Shown: positions 50,824 through 62,793, counted from the whole stretch's first letter. The stretch: DNA of 63,937 nt, filler included, from Vicugna vicugna (GCA_013265495.1; 76 parts of 74 records of this genome joined end to end with filler, not necessarily neighbours in it), one strand, 5' to 3'. Notes: generated from the letters alone by a model not told the origin. Translations and numbers: made by a program.

Positions 50824-51622
50824 ACTCACAACTTGGGAATTACTGTGACCCCTGAAAAATGCGTGTGCATTTTTCCCCACGTCCAGCACACACAGGAAGA
50901 AATTTTCTGCGGTTCTGAGTGTGGGGAGGTTCCTCCAACAGACAGCAGCACCTGGGTTGTAATAGAATCCCTTAGCTTGACTTCCCTAAGTGTATTCCTA
51001 GGCNNNNNNNNNNNNNNNNNNNNNNNNNNNNNNNNNNNNNNNNNNNNNNNNNNNNNNNNNNNNNNNNNNNNNNNNNNNNTGGAGGGTTTTAAACTACTTC
51101 ACCAACCTTGGAACACCTGTGCCCCATAAAGATGCGAGGAATCTGTTTCCCAACCTCCAGCACACACACGGAGACGTGCTCAGGTATCCTGATTGTGGGG
51201 AGGCTCCTCCAAATGACAGCAGTCCCTGGGATCTAAAAGAATCCCTTAGCATGTCTTCCCTGATGGCATGCCTAGGCTGGAGAGTGGGGGAAAGTGGGGG
51301 TTGGTCTCTAAATTATGTATTAGCGAGAGCCTATCCATCGGATGTGGGTTTTTAACCTATAACCCACAACCATGGAATAAATGTGCTGCCTGAAACATGC
51401 TTTGAATATTTCCCTACATCCAGCACACACACGAAGATGTGTTCTGGTATTCTGAGTGTGGGGAAGTTCCTCAAACTGACAGCAACACCTGGATTCTATT
51501 AGTATCCCTTAGCTTCTGTTCTCTGAGTGTTCTATTAGGCCAGGCCATTTGGGAAAGCTGGGGGTTGGGCTTGGAGTCCACTTAGCAGTGAGTGCCCCCT
51601 GATCCATTGAGGAAGTACTTAG
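50824..51622. repeat. Satellite family D
   Basis: atcccttagc at 50967, 51241 and 51504. Confidence 0.92.
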
Positions 51623-51722
51623 NNNNNNNNNNNNNNNNNNNNNNNNNNNNNNNNNNNNNNNNNNNNTTAATTAATTAANNNNNNNNNNNNNNNNNNNNNN
51701 NNNNNNNNNNNNNNNNNNNNNN

Positions 51723-52220
51723 ATTTACATGAATTCCTTCAACATGGCATTCCGGGCTCCGTACATGCTATATGTATGATGGATTCGGCATTCATAAGTT
51801 TCTGACATGTGAGCATGTGGATTACTGACCTTTAATCCACCAAACAAGGCGTATATACAGTTAGAAACATTTACTCTGACTTCATAGATTTTTCTATCAC
51901 CAGGTTCTAAAATCGGACATTTGGCACCAGAATAAACTCTTTGAGCGAATTCACACCAATACACATGNNNNNNNNNNNNNNNNNNCATGGAATTCCGTAC
52001 TACGAGCATGTTTCATGCATCACGGATTCCTCAAACATGCATTTCTGAGTTGTGAACATGCACATGACTGATGTTTCCCAAACCAAACAAGTTACCTACA
52101 CACTCTGAATTATTAACTTTGACTTCGTAGCTTCTTACTTTGACCAGTTTTAAGAATCACACTCAGATCCCAGAAAAACACTCTTTGAGCGAATTCTCAT
52201 CAATACACATGTAGTTTACN
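51723..52220. repeat. Satellite family E
   Basis: Colinear with 2777-3070 and with 56534-56766. Confidence 0.9.
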
Positions 52221-52319
52221 NNNNNNNNNNNNNNNNNNNNNNNNNNNNNNNNNNNNNNNNNNNTTAATTAATTAANNNNNNNNNNNNNNNNNNNNNNNNN
52301 NNNNNNNNNNNNNNNNNNN

Positions 52320-52996
52320 AAAAAAAGACAGTATTAATGTGGTGTGGTAAAATTTTAAGTAAATCAAATGCAAATGAAATGAGAGCTTTGGGTAAATATT
52401 TAATATATATTTTTAAAATGTATGCTTAAGATAATCTCTAAACGTTTGGTATCTTTAAATTCTAGAGTTGTGCTAAATTAAGTTAAATGATGGGATTTAT
52501 TAAATAGCTATGCCATTTTGAGATAAAATAAGATTGAAATATGAATTACTTAATATTTAACTTCCTCTTACAGTGAAACTAAAGGTGTTTAGAAATATTA
52601 ATAAATGGTTGGTGCCACACCGAAAAAGTCTCTATTATTAAGGGAATGATCTCAGTATCCAAGGAAAGTAATATAAATGTGTAAAGGAAGATATAAGAAT
52701 GGAATTATATTTTGTTAATGAAAAATAGTGACTTTCTCCTGAAGCTGGTTACTTCTGAATGGAAGAGAAAATAAGGGACACACTAATATGAGTATAGAAA
52801 NNNNNNNNNNNNNNNNNNNNNNNNNNNNNNNNNNNNNNNNNNNNNNNNNNNNNNNNNNNNNNNNNNNNNNNNNNNNNNNNNNNNNNNNNNNNNNNNNNNN
52901 NNNNNNNNNNNNNNNNNNNNNNNNNNNNNNNNNNNNNNAGGAAAAAATTTCCTTAAAATGTTAATCCACATTCAGTAACAGATTGTAAAACTTCTT
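52320..52996. mobile_element. Possible ERV1-group internal non-coding segment
   Basis: AT-rich, with motifs such as atgagagctttgggtaaat and gtgctaaattaagttaaatg reminiscent of MER4-group internal sequence; weak support. Confidence 0.35.
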
Positions 52997-54013
52997 NNNN
53001 NNNNNNNNNNNNNNNNNNNNNNNNNNNNNNNNNNNNNNNNTTAATTAATTAANNNNNNNNNNNNNNNNNNNNNNNNNNNNNNNNNNNNNNNNNNNNGGGC
53101 AACAGAGCCAAGAAGCCTTTGGGCCGATCCCAGGCTCGGAGTTGGAGCTTCCAAACAGTGGTCCAGCTGGCACCGACTGTGCATGCGCAGGAGGGCCAGC
53201 GATCCTCTCTGGGTTCTGTGAGGGAAGGTGGGGCAGCAAGGGAGGGAGAAGATGGGAGCGGGTGGAGAGAAGGGGTAAAGTGGAGGGAGACAGATGGACA
53301 GGAGGAGCAGAGAGATGGGAGGGATCTGGAGAGGGAAGGGTCGTAGAGGAGATGGAGAGAAAAAGCTTTACCTCTGGGGCACCCCGAAGGAGGCTNNNNN
53401 NNNNNNNNNNNNNNNNNNNNNNNNNNNNNNNNNNNNNNNNNNNNNNNNNNNNNNNNNNNNNNNNNNNNNNNNNNNNNNNNNNNNNNNNNNNNNNNNNNNN
53501 NNNNNNNNNNNNNNNNNNNNNNNNNNNNNNNNNNNNNNNNNNNNNNNNNNNNNNNNNNNNNNNNNNNNNNNNNNNNNNNNNNNNNNNNNNNNNNNNNNNN
53601 NNNNNNNNNNNNNNNNNNNNNNNNNNNNNNNNNNNNNNNNNNNNNNNNNNNNNNNNNNNNNNNNNNNNNNNNNNNNNNNNNNNNNNNNNNNNNNNNNNNN
53701 NNNNNNNNNNNNNNNNNNNNNNNNNNNNNNNNNNNNNNNNNNNNNNNNNNNNNNNNNNNNNNNNNNNNNNNNNNNNNNNNNNNNNNNNNNNNNNNNNNNN
53801 NNNNNNNNNNNNNNNNNNNNNNNNNNNNNNNNNNNNNNNNNNNNNNNNNNNNNNNNNNNNNNNNNNNNNNNNNNNNNNNNNNNNNNNNNNNNNNNNNNNN
53901 NNNNNNNNNNNNNNNNNNNNNNNNNNNNNNNNNNNNNNNNNNNNNNNNNNNNNNNNNNNNNNNNNNNNNNNNNNNNNNNNNNNNNNNNNNNNNNNNNNNN
54001 NNNNNNNNNNNNN

Positions 54014-54226
54014 AGTTCCAATGTACTGATTCCTTGTGTTTTGTTCTTTAAGCCTTATTGGCTAATACCCCCTTACTTGTAATTAAGCCTTTAAAACCTC
54101 ATGTGCATGTCTTGCAGGTGTTCAGAACTTCGGAGCAGAAGCCCCTCTGAGCCCACTGGCATAAAAAATCCGAGAACTCCAACATTCGAGTGGTGCTTGT
54201 TTCTTGGTTGGGCTGTTTCCATAACC
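54014..54226 (+). mobile_element. ERV LTR 3' portion
   Basis: cctttaaaacc (TATA-like), then cccctctgagccc, cataaaaaa (poly(A)-like), then gagtggtgcttgtttcttgg...tttccataac: a U3/R/U5-like layout. Confidence 0.6.
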
Positions 54227-54328
54227 CTNNNNNNNNNNNNNNNNNNNNNNNNNNNNNNNNNNNNNNNNNNNNTTAATTAATTAANNNNNNNNNNNNNNNN
54301 NNNNNNNNNNNNNNNNNNNNNNNNNNNN

Positions 54329-54371
54329 TTCAGTGGCAAACTCCACTCCATACATATATATGGGGAGGAAC
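54329..54371. repeat. Satellite B end joined directly to non-satellite DNA
   Basis: ttcagtggcaaactccactccatacatatatatggggagg, then unrelated AT-rich sequence with no gap. Confidence 0.8.
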
Positions 54372-55679
54372 ATAATAAATGTTTTAAAATTGTTTTTTTA
54401 TCATTTGCTTGTTAAAAGTAGGATATTAATTGCACAATATGTATTTTCCTTCAAGTTCATACGTTTTTCCCTATACTATCTTGACTTGTTTAGATAAGTT
54501 AACCCGTAGACTGATTTATTTTAAACACTCATTATGTGCTTCTGTCTGTTGCTTTATTAGAGAGCAAGAATTCTTTATTATTTTTAATAAAATATACTTG
54601 CAGGACACTGTACTGGGGTTCTTTCATTCACAGAGTCAAGCAATGATACCTGTTTTGTTAGATCAAGTGTCTAAGCCTCTCAAGTGATTACATGGACAAA
54701 GTTAAAAACGTCATAAATGATCAACTAACAAACTTTATTGTGTTCACTTTATTGTGTTCTTTGATTAAAGGTATAAATATGGGTCAGTCTTAAATTCGGA
54801 TGTAAAGCTCTTNNNNNNNNNNNNNNNNNNNNNNNNNNNNNNNNNNNNNNNNNNNNTTAATTAATTAANNNNNNNNNNNNNNNNNNNNNNNNNNNNNNNN
54901 NNNNNNNNNNNNGGTTACCTAGGATCCACCAGCCACAACAAGACTCGCGGTACACACGAACATTCCACCTGGAATCGAACCGCTAACTGCCATCCCCAGT
55001 GGTTGCTGCATCTTGTCAGTGTTGGGGAGGGGCTGCATCTGAAGAGAGGTTCCTAAGGTAAATATGATTCTACCCACTAGCATCCCATGGGCCTTTGTTC
55101 TTCCCTCTTTCCTTTGGTTCAGTTCTGTATGCACAGTACCAACGGAGGGAAGTGTGCCCATTTGCAGTTTATGTTTTACACGTCTTTAAACTTTCTAACA
55201 GTTCACAGTACACAGAGACCCACTACAGGAATCTTATGTTCCTGTAATATCCGTACATCCAGAATACATAACCGTCGGTTGATTTCTGCTGAAATACCCG
55301 CACTCTCAAGACATGAGACATGNNNNNNNNNNNNNNNNNNNNNNNNNNNNNNNNNNNNNNNNNNNACCCAACCCCTGTGCACTTTACTGTCTGTTTCCTT
55401 TGCTCTTAGTACACTTTTGCAGAGCGCCTTATCTTTGTTATTGGCTTTTGCCATTTCTCGTCTACGTAGTGTAGAGTATGGCATTCATTCAACCTGTTGG
55501 AAGACTTGCAAGTCTTTATCACGGACTATGAAACCATNNNNNNNNNNNNNNNNNNNNNNNNNNNNNNNNNNNNNNNNNNNNTTAATTAATTAANNNNNNN
55601 NNNNNNNNNNNNNNNNNNNNNNNNNNNNNNNNNNNNNTGATGTATATATGCAATGGAATCAACACTTTGCATTCCTATC

Positions 55680-56433
55680 AACTGTTTCCACGGCGATCCC
55701 TTTTCTCCTCAATCTCACCAAAATATATTTCTTTTCTTTTTGATGAGAGCCTTCTGAGAAGTGTGAGGTCTTGTCTCATTTTTGGCTTATGACTTTCCTA
55801 ATAATTTATAACTCTGAACACATTATCATGTGTCATATAGCCAAGTGTATGCTTTCTACAGAAAATTGATTCAGATCAATCTATTCAGTTCCTATGGACA
55901 TTTTTTTTAATTGTATTGTTTGGTCTTTTTTGTTGTGGTTGTGTATGACTTTGCCATATATTTTGGATATTAACACTTGATTGTAAAATATCACTTGCAA
56001 ATATATTCTCCCATTGTGTTGGTTGACTTTTTATTTTATTGATCATTTCTTCTGCAGTGTAAATCTGTTTAGACTGATACAATCATCTTTTGTTAGTTTT
56101 GCTTCTGCTTCCCTTGCCAGTGAGAAGAATCAAATGAAGTCAAGTGTACTTCTTATGTTTTACCCTAGTATTCTTTGTTTTCAGGTTTTATTTTTTATAT
56201 GCCCAGGAGTGGGTTTGCTGGGTCAAATGATAGATCTATCTTTATTATTTAAAGGAAATTCCATACTGTAAAAGTGGTTGCACCAATTTTCATTCCCATC
56301 AACAGCGTTGGAGAGTCCCTTTTTCTCTACAACCTCCACAGTCTTTATTATTTCTAGACATTTTGATGAAAACTCTTCTCAATAGTGTAGATAAAACATT
56401 TTATTTTTGTCTTGCCTTTCTATAATGATTAGC
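55680..56433 (-). mobile_element. Degenerate LINE-1 ORF2 3' fragments (two pieces)
   Basis: Minus-strand translation TAEEMINKIKSQPTQWENIFA; second piece gcccaggagtgggtttgctgggtc...cattcccatcaacag. Confidence 0.85.
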
Positions 56434-56533
56434 NNNNNNNNNNNNNNNNNNNNNNNNNNNNNNNNNNNNNNNNNNNNTTAATTAATTAANNNNNNNNNNN
56501 NNNNNNNNNNNNNNNNNNNNNNNNNNNNNNNNN

Positions 56534-57914
56534 GGATTACTGATCTTTCATCCACGAAACAAGGCATATATAAACTTATAAATATTTACTTTTACTTCAT
56601 ATGTTTTTTTCTATCACCATGTTTTAAATCAGAGGTTTGGCACCAGAATACACTCTTTGAGTGAATTCTCACCAACACACATGAATTTACATTTTTTACA
56701 TAACCATGGCATTCCGTATTCCGAACATGTTTCATGCATCACGGATTCCTCAAACATGCATTTCTGNNNNNNNNNNNNNNNNNNNNNNNNNNNNNNNNNN
56801 NNNNNNNNNNNNNNNNNNNNNNNNNNNNNNNNNNNNNNNNNNNNNNNNNNNNNNNNNNNNNNNNNNNNNNNNNNNNNNNNNNNNNNNNNNNNNNNNNNNN
56901 NNNNNNNNNNNNNNNNNNNNNNNNNNNNNNNNNNNNNNNNNNNNNNNNNNNNNNNNNNNNNNNNNNNNNNNNNNNNNNNNNNNNNNNNNNNNNNNNNNNN
57001 NNNNNNNNNNNNNNNNNNNNNNNNNNNNNNNNNNNNNNNNNNNNNNNNNNNNNNNNNNNNNNNNNNNNNNNNNNNNNNNNNNNNNNNNNNNNNNNNNNNN
57101 NNNNNNNNNNNNNNNNNNNNNNNNNNNNNNNNNNNNNNNNNNNNNNNNNNNNNNNNNNNNNNNNNNNNNNNNNNNNNNNNNNNNNNNNNNNNNNNNNNNN
57201 NNNNNNNNNNNNNNNNNNNNNNNNNNNNNNNNNNNNNNNNNNNNNNNNNNNNNNNNNNNNNNNNNNNNNNNNNNNNNNNNNNNNNNNNNNNNNNNNNNNN
57301 NNNNNNNNNNNNNNNNNNNNNNNNNNNNNNNNNNNNNNNNNNNNNNNNNNNNNNNNNNNNNNNNNNNNNNNNNNNNNNNNNNNNNNNNNNNNNNNNNNNN
57401 NNNNNNNNNNNNNNNNNNNNNNNNNNNNNNNNNNNNNNNNNNNNNNNNNNNNNNNNNNNNNNNNNNNNNNNNNNNNNNNNNNNNNNNNNNNNNNNNNNNN
57501 NNNNNNNNNNNNNNNNNNNNNNNNNNNNNNNNNNNNNNNNNNNNNNNNNCTGATGTTTCAACCACCAAACATGTTACCTGTGCACTTTGAAATATTTACT
57601 TTCACTTGGATGCTTCTTCCTATCACCAGTGTCAAGAATCACACTTTGATCCCAGAAAATCTCTCTTGGAGCGAATTCTACCCTAGAGATATGTAATTTG
57701 AATAGATTTTATCTTCATGATATTCCGTGTTCCGTACATGCTACATACATGACGGATTCGACAAACATGCATTCCTGAGTTGAGGGCATCTGGATTAAAA
57801 ATCTTTCATCCTCTATAAAAGGAATATTTTCATCTAGACACGGGAACACATTTTCACAAACTTTCCCTGGCACAAGTTTGGAATTCGTGCTTTTTTCACA
57901 GAAAAATAATTCTG
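56534..57914. repeat. Satellite family E
   Basis: Both flanks of the gap match 2777-3186 and 51818-52190. Confidence 0.92.
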
Positions 57915-58014
57915 NNNNNNNNNNNNNNNNNNNNNNNNNNNNNNNNNNNNNNNNNNNNTTAATTAATTAANNNNNNNNNNNNNNNNNNNNNNNNNNNNNN
58001 NNNNNNNNNNNNNN

Positions 58015-58239
58015 CCTAACAGGGAACACCTGTGACTGAAAAGAGCTGCGTGGAGTTTTTTGTCGAGCTCCCATACGCACTGACAATGGTTGCGGAATCC
58101 TGAGCTTGGGGAGGTTCCACCAACGGTCGGCAGCGTGTTGGTTCTAACGGAATGCCTAAGCTGGTCTCCCCTGAGGCATTTCCTAATATCACTCTGCTAG
58201 GGATTGCTAGGGGTGATTGCAGGATATCCCAGTGTCAGA
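58015..58239. repeat. Satellite family A (partial)
   Basis: gggaacacctgtgactgaa...ggaatgcctaagct...gggtgattgcaggatatccc. Confidence 0.95.
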
Positions 58240-58339
58240 NNNNNNNNNNNNNNNNNNNNNNNNNNNNNNNNNNNNNNNNNNNNTTAATTAATTAANNNNN
58301 NNNNNNNNNNNNNNNNNNNNNNNNNNNNNNNNNNNNNNN

Positions 58340-58421
58340 CTTTTCAAAGGAGGTACTGGGTCTTGAACCCAGGACCTTGTACATACTAAGCACGTGCTCT
58401 ACCACTGAGATATACCCACCC
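58340..58421 (-). mobile_element. tRNA-Ala-derived SINE (Vic-1-like)
   Basis: Minus strand reads gggtgggtatatctcagtggtagagcacgtgcttagtatgtacaaggtcctgggttcaagacccagtacctcc, with A-box and B-box (GGTTCAAGACC). Confidence 0.88.
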
Positions 58422-58906
58422 TTCCACCCGATATTTGTGTTTTTAGTGGGCATAATATGATGGTAGCAGGTACTTTAGCGTCAGACACATTCACCTGTCT
58501 CTGACCATCACATTAATACATTTCCCCTGAGCTAGAGGGCTAGATAGTCTGTTTTCACAAGTTCAATAAATTGTCTACATTTTCTTTTTTCTAAAAAAAA
58601 AGGCATTAACTCATGTTTCTCTTTGTTATCGCCTATAAATAAAATGTGAGTTTATTAACCATTTACCATAAGGGTAATAAATATTAAGTACAGATTTCTG
58701 AAGCATCAGTCATCAGTGAAGACCAACTTTCTGCTCTTCTCTCTCTCTGTTAGTCACCTTGCTTCTGGAGTTCTGGAAGCAGCGCCAGGCAGAACTTGAG
58801 TACAAANNNNNNNNNNNNNNNNNNNNNNNNNNNNNNNNNNNNNNNNNNNNTTAATTAATTAANNNNNNNNNNNNNNNNNNNNNNNNNNNNNNNNNNNNNN
58901 NNNNNN

Positions 58907-59821
58907 CCTAGCTTGAAGGGAACACAAAGTTACTTTTCAGGTGCCAACTCCCCTCCAAACATACATATGGGGAGGTGCAATCTCCAACTCAGTTTTACAC
59001 TGAAAACGGCAGGCACTTCAAACCGGCACTAGGAAACAGACTGAGAAACCAGAGTAAGTGTCTCTCCTGCAACCCGTTCCCTTTGTGCTGGATGAACGAA
59101 CGTCTCTCCACATGCTCAGTTNNNNNNNNNNNNNNNNNNNNNNNNNNNNNNNNNNNNNNNNNNNNNNNNNNNNNNNNNNNNNNNNNAGCTCCAACTCGGT
59201 TTTACAGTGAAAACGGCAGGCACATCAAACCGGCTCTAGGAAACAGACTGAGAAAGCATGGTAAGTGTCTCTCCTGGAACCCGTTCCTTTTGTGCTGGAT
59301 GAACGAACGTCTATCCACATGCTCAGTGCTCAAAGATAAATGTGTGTGAAAGCCGTCCTTCACCAAGCTTGAAGGTAACACAAAGTTTCTTTACAATTGC
59401 AAACTTTCCTCCATACATATATATGGGGAGGTACAAGCTCGAAATCGGTCTTACAGTGTAAACGGCAGGCACTTCAAACCGGCACTAGGAAACAGACTGA
59501 GAAACCAGGGTAAGTGTCTCTCCTGCAACCGGTTCCCTTTGTGCTGCATGAACGAACGTCTCTCCACATGCTCAGTTCTGAGAGATAAGTGTGTGTGAAA
59601 GCCGTCCTTCAGCTAGGTTGAAGGGACACAAGTTTCATTTCAGTTGCCAACTACCCTCGATACATATATACGGGAAAGTACAAGCTCCAACTCGGTTTTA
59701 CAGTGAAAAAGGTAGGCAACTCAAGCCGGCACTAGGAAACAGACTGGAAACCAGAATAGGTGTATCTCCGTCAAAGCGTTCCACTTGTGCTGGATGAACG
59801 AACGTCTCTCCACATGCACAG
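58907..59821. repeat. Satellite family B
   Basis: aaccggc at 59228 and 59477 gives period 249. Confidence 0.96.
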
Positions 59822-59957
59822 NNNNNNNNNNNNNNNNNNNNNNNNNNNNNNNNNNNNNNNNNNNNTTAATTAATTAANNNNNNNNNNNNNNNNNNNNNNN
59901 NNNNNNNNNNNNNNNNNNNNNGAGTGCGGTGCGGTCGCGGGGCCTCGGATGGAATGG

Positions 59958-60326
59958 GGACTGCCCAAGAGAGCTCCTGGATTTGCTCCCATCTTACCCG
60001 TGGCCTGACCTTGGGGCAGCATCTAAAGACCCAGGATCGTGGGACTCAGGTTACAGGTCAGTCTGCTCCTGGGAGGTGGGCTCGGTGTGATCAGTGTGCT
60101 GGGATGGCTGCAGCAGCAGCGGGAAATGGTCGCAACACCCGCGCTCTCACAGGGCAGCCCCTATCCCGCCATCGCAGCTGCTGCCTTTCCCTGAGAGCAC
60201 AGCACCCGCCTTCCAGGAGCAGGCTGACCTGTAACCTGAGTTCCACGAACCTGAGGCAGCAGAGGCCAAGCTCAGGCCATGTGCTGGGGAGTTTGAAGCA
60301 AATCCACGGGCTCCCATGGGCAGACC
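59958..60326 (+). other. Long imperfect inverted repeat / predicted rod-like RNA hairpin
   Basis: 60037-60080 pairs with 60205-60248 (44 bp: 40 Watson-Crick, 4 G-U); 60001-60014 pairs with 60266-60279; 59961-59987 pairs with 60297-60323. Confidence 0.85.
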
Positions 60327-60865
60327 NNNNNNNNNNNNNNNNNNNNNNNNNNNNNNNNNNNNNNNNNNNNNNNNNNNNNNNNNNNNNNNNNNNNNNNNGT
60401 GGGGAAGATGGGGGCAAGTCGACCAGCTTGCCAGGTCGCTGCCCATCTCCCTGCCGCTACCCCAGGTTCGTGGATCACTTGTTTTCAATCAGTGGTTTCC
60501 TGAGAGGCAGGCGTGTTGCAGTCAGTTGGCGAGGGCTGCAGGGAAGGGTGCTGCCCCAAGGGGAGCAGGTGGACTTTCTCCCATCTCCCTCAGGGCCAGA
60601 CCTGGAGACAGTCTCTGCTGCCCCAGGTTTGCAGGACGCATGTCATGCCAGCCTGTCCCTGGGAGGAAAGCTCAGTGTACACGGGGCAGCCTCAGTGGCT
60701 GACAAGGATTTTAGAAGTGAGCTCTAGCCCAGCATAACTAACTCTCCTTTCTTCTCTTGCTTCCTNNNNNNNNNNNNNNNNNNNNNNNNNNNNNNNNNNN
60801 NNNNNNNNNTTAATTAATTAANNNNNNNNNNNNNNNNNNNNNNNNNNNNNNNNNNNNNNNNNNNN

Positions 60866-61932
60866 AAACGGCAGGCACTTCAAACGGGCACCAGGAAAAA
60901 GACTGAGAATACAGTGTAAGGGTTTCTCCTGCAACCCGTTCCTTTGGGCTGGATGAACGAACGTCTCTCCACATGCTCAGTTCTGAGAGATAAGTGTGTG
61001 TGAAAGCCGTCCTTCACCTAGCTTGAAGGGAACACAAAGTTTCTTTTCAGTTGCNNNNNNNNNNNNNNNNNNNNNNNNNNNNNNNNNNNNNNNNNNNNNN
61101 NNNNNNNNNNNNNNNNNNNNNNNNNNNNNNNNNNNNNNNNNNNNNNNNNNNNNNNNNNNNNNNNNNNNNNNNNNNNNNNNNNNNNNNNNNNNNNNNNNNN
61201 NNNNNNNNNNNNNNNNNNNNNNNNNNNNNNNNNNNNNNNNNNNNNNNNNNNNNNNNNNNNNNNNNNNNNNNNNNNNNNNNNNNNNNNNNNNNNNNNNNNN
61301 NNNNNNNNNNNNNNNNNNNNNNNNNNNNNNNNNNNNNNNNNNNNNNNNNNNNNNNNNNNNNNNNNNNNNNNNNNNNNNNNNNNNNNNNNNNNNNNNNNNN
61401 NNNNNNNNNNNNNNNNNNNNNNNNNNNNNNNNNNNNNNNNNNNNNNNNNNNNNNNNNNNNNNNNNNNNNNNNNNNNNNNNNNNNNNNNNNNNNNNNNNNN
61501 NNNNNNNNNNNNNNNNNNNNNNNNNNNNNNNNNNNNNNNNNNNNNNNNNNNNNNNNNNNNNTCCCTACATAGGGGTGGTACAAGCACTAACTCGGTTTTA
61601 CAGTGAAAACGGTAGGCACTTCTAACCGGCACTAGGAAACAGACTGAGAAACCAGAGTAAGGGTTTCTCCTGCAACCCGTTCCCTTTGTGCTGGATAAAC
61701 GAACGTCTCCCCACATGCTCAGTTCTGAGAGATAAGTGTGTGTGAAAGCCGTCCTTCACCTAGCTTGAAGGGAACACAAAGTTTCTTTTCAGTTGCCAAC
61801 CCCACTCCATACATATATATGGGGGTGTACAAGCTCCAACTCGATTTTACACTGAAAGCGGCAGGCACTTCAAACGGGCACCAGGATAAAGACTGAGAAT
61901 CCAGTGTAAGGGTTTCTCCTGCAACCCGTTCC
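60866..61932. repeat. Satellite family B
   Basis: Monomer motifs on both sides of the gap. Confidence 0.96.
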
Positions 61933-62793
61933 NNNNNNNNNNNNNNNNNNNNNNNNNNNNNNNNNNNNNNNNNNNNTTAATTAATTAANNNNNNNNNNNN
62001 NNNNNNNNNNNNNNNNNNNNNNNNNNNNNNNNTTTGGTAACCATAAGTTTGTTTCCTATGTCTGTGAGTCTCTTTCTATTTTTAATTCTTTAGTTTACAT
62101 TTTTATTTCCATTATTCTAATATAACCCCACCTGTCTCTCTTACGGTTCTCAAAGTTAAGAATAAATGGAAGAAATGCATCACTTGTGGAGATACTTAAA
62201 CCATACTGTACTTTGTCTTCTCCTGGTTAACATTTCTTCATGTTATCTTTACACTTTATTTAGTCCTTTCATTGTTGCTTTGTAGACAGCCTCACAGATG
62301 ACCATACCCATTGCTAAAACTCTGAAAGATAAAAGTCAGAACAGAGCATGGATGGAGGATTCTGACCAAAAAAAAGCAGTAGAATTGAGCTTGTTTGAGT
62401 AGCACACCTCTCATAGCTATAACCCACATCCTCTTCGGTTTTAATAATAGTTACTTGTTAACTNNNNNNNNNNNNNNNNNNNNNNNNNNNNNNNNNNNNN
62501 NNNNNNNTTAATTAATTAANNNNNNNNNNNNNNNNNNNNNNNNNNNNNNNNNNNNNNNNNNNNACACCTGAGTGAATAAAGCGAGCTGCAGAAAAACATA
62601 TATTATGGCCTTATTTTCAATAAAGCTTATATACACACAGGTATACATAGAATTCTCATATATGTGTAAATATGTATGTCATAGGCATAAAGGTCATGAA
62701 ATATATATACCAATTTTCAACAGCTTTTACTCTCAGGAAATAAGGGGAAGGGAGGTAGGGGCCTTCCTGTACCACCACAGTTCTCTTTTCTGT

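Noticed and set aside
54919..55052. Possible 134-nt minus-strand exon (ttag|GAACC...CCTAG|gtaacc)
   Set aside because: The acceptor tract is weak and I recognise no peptide in any frame; unsupported without RNA data.
58349..58421. tRNA-Ala gene candidates (also 13022-13097 and 40198-40262)
   Set aside because: Broken stems, an altered anticodon arm or missing A-box segments; better explained as tRNA-derived SINEs.
715..61716. Long ORFs containing X runs throughout the ORF track
   Set aside because: They are open only because N gaps contain no stop codons.
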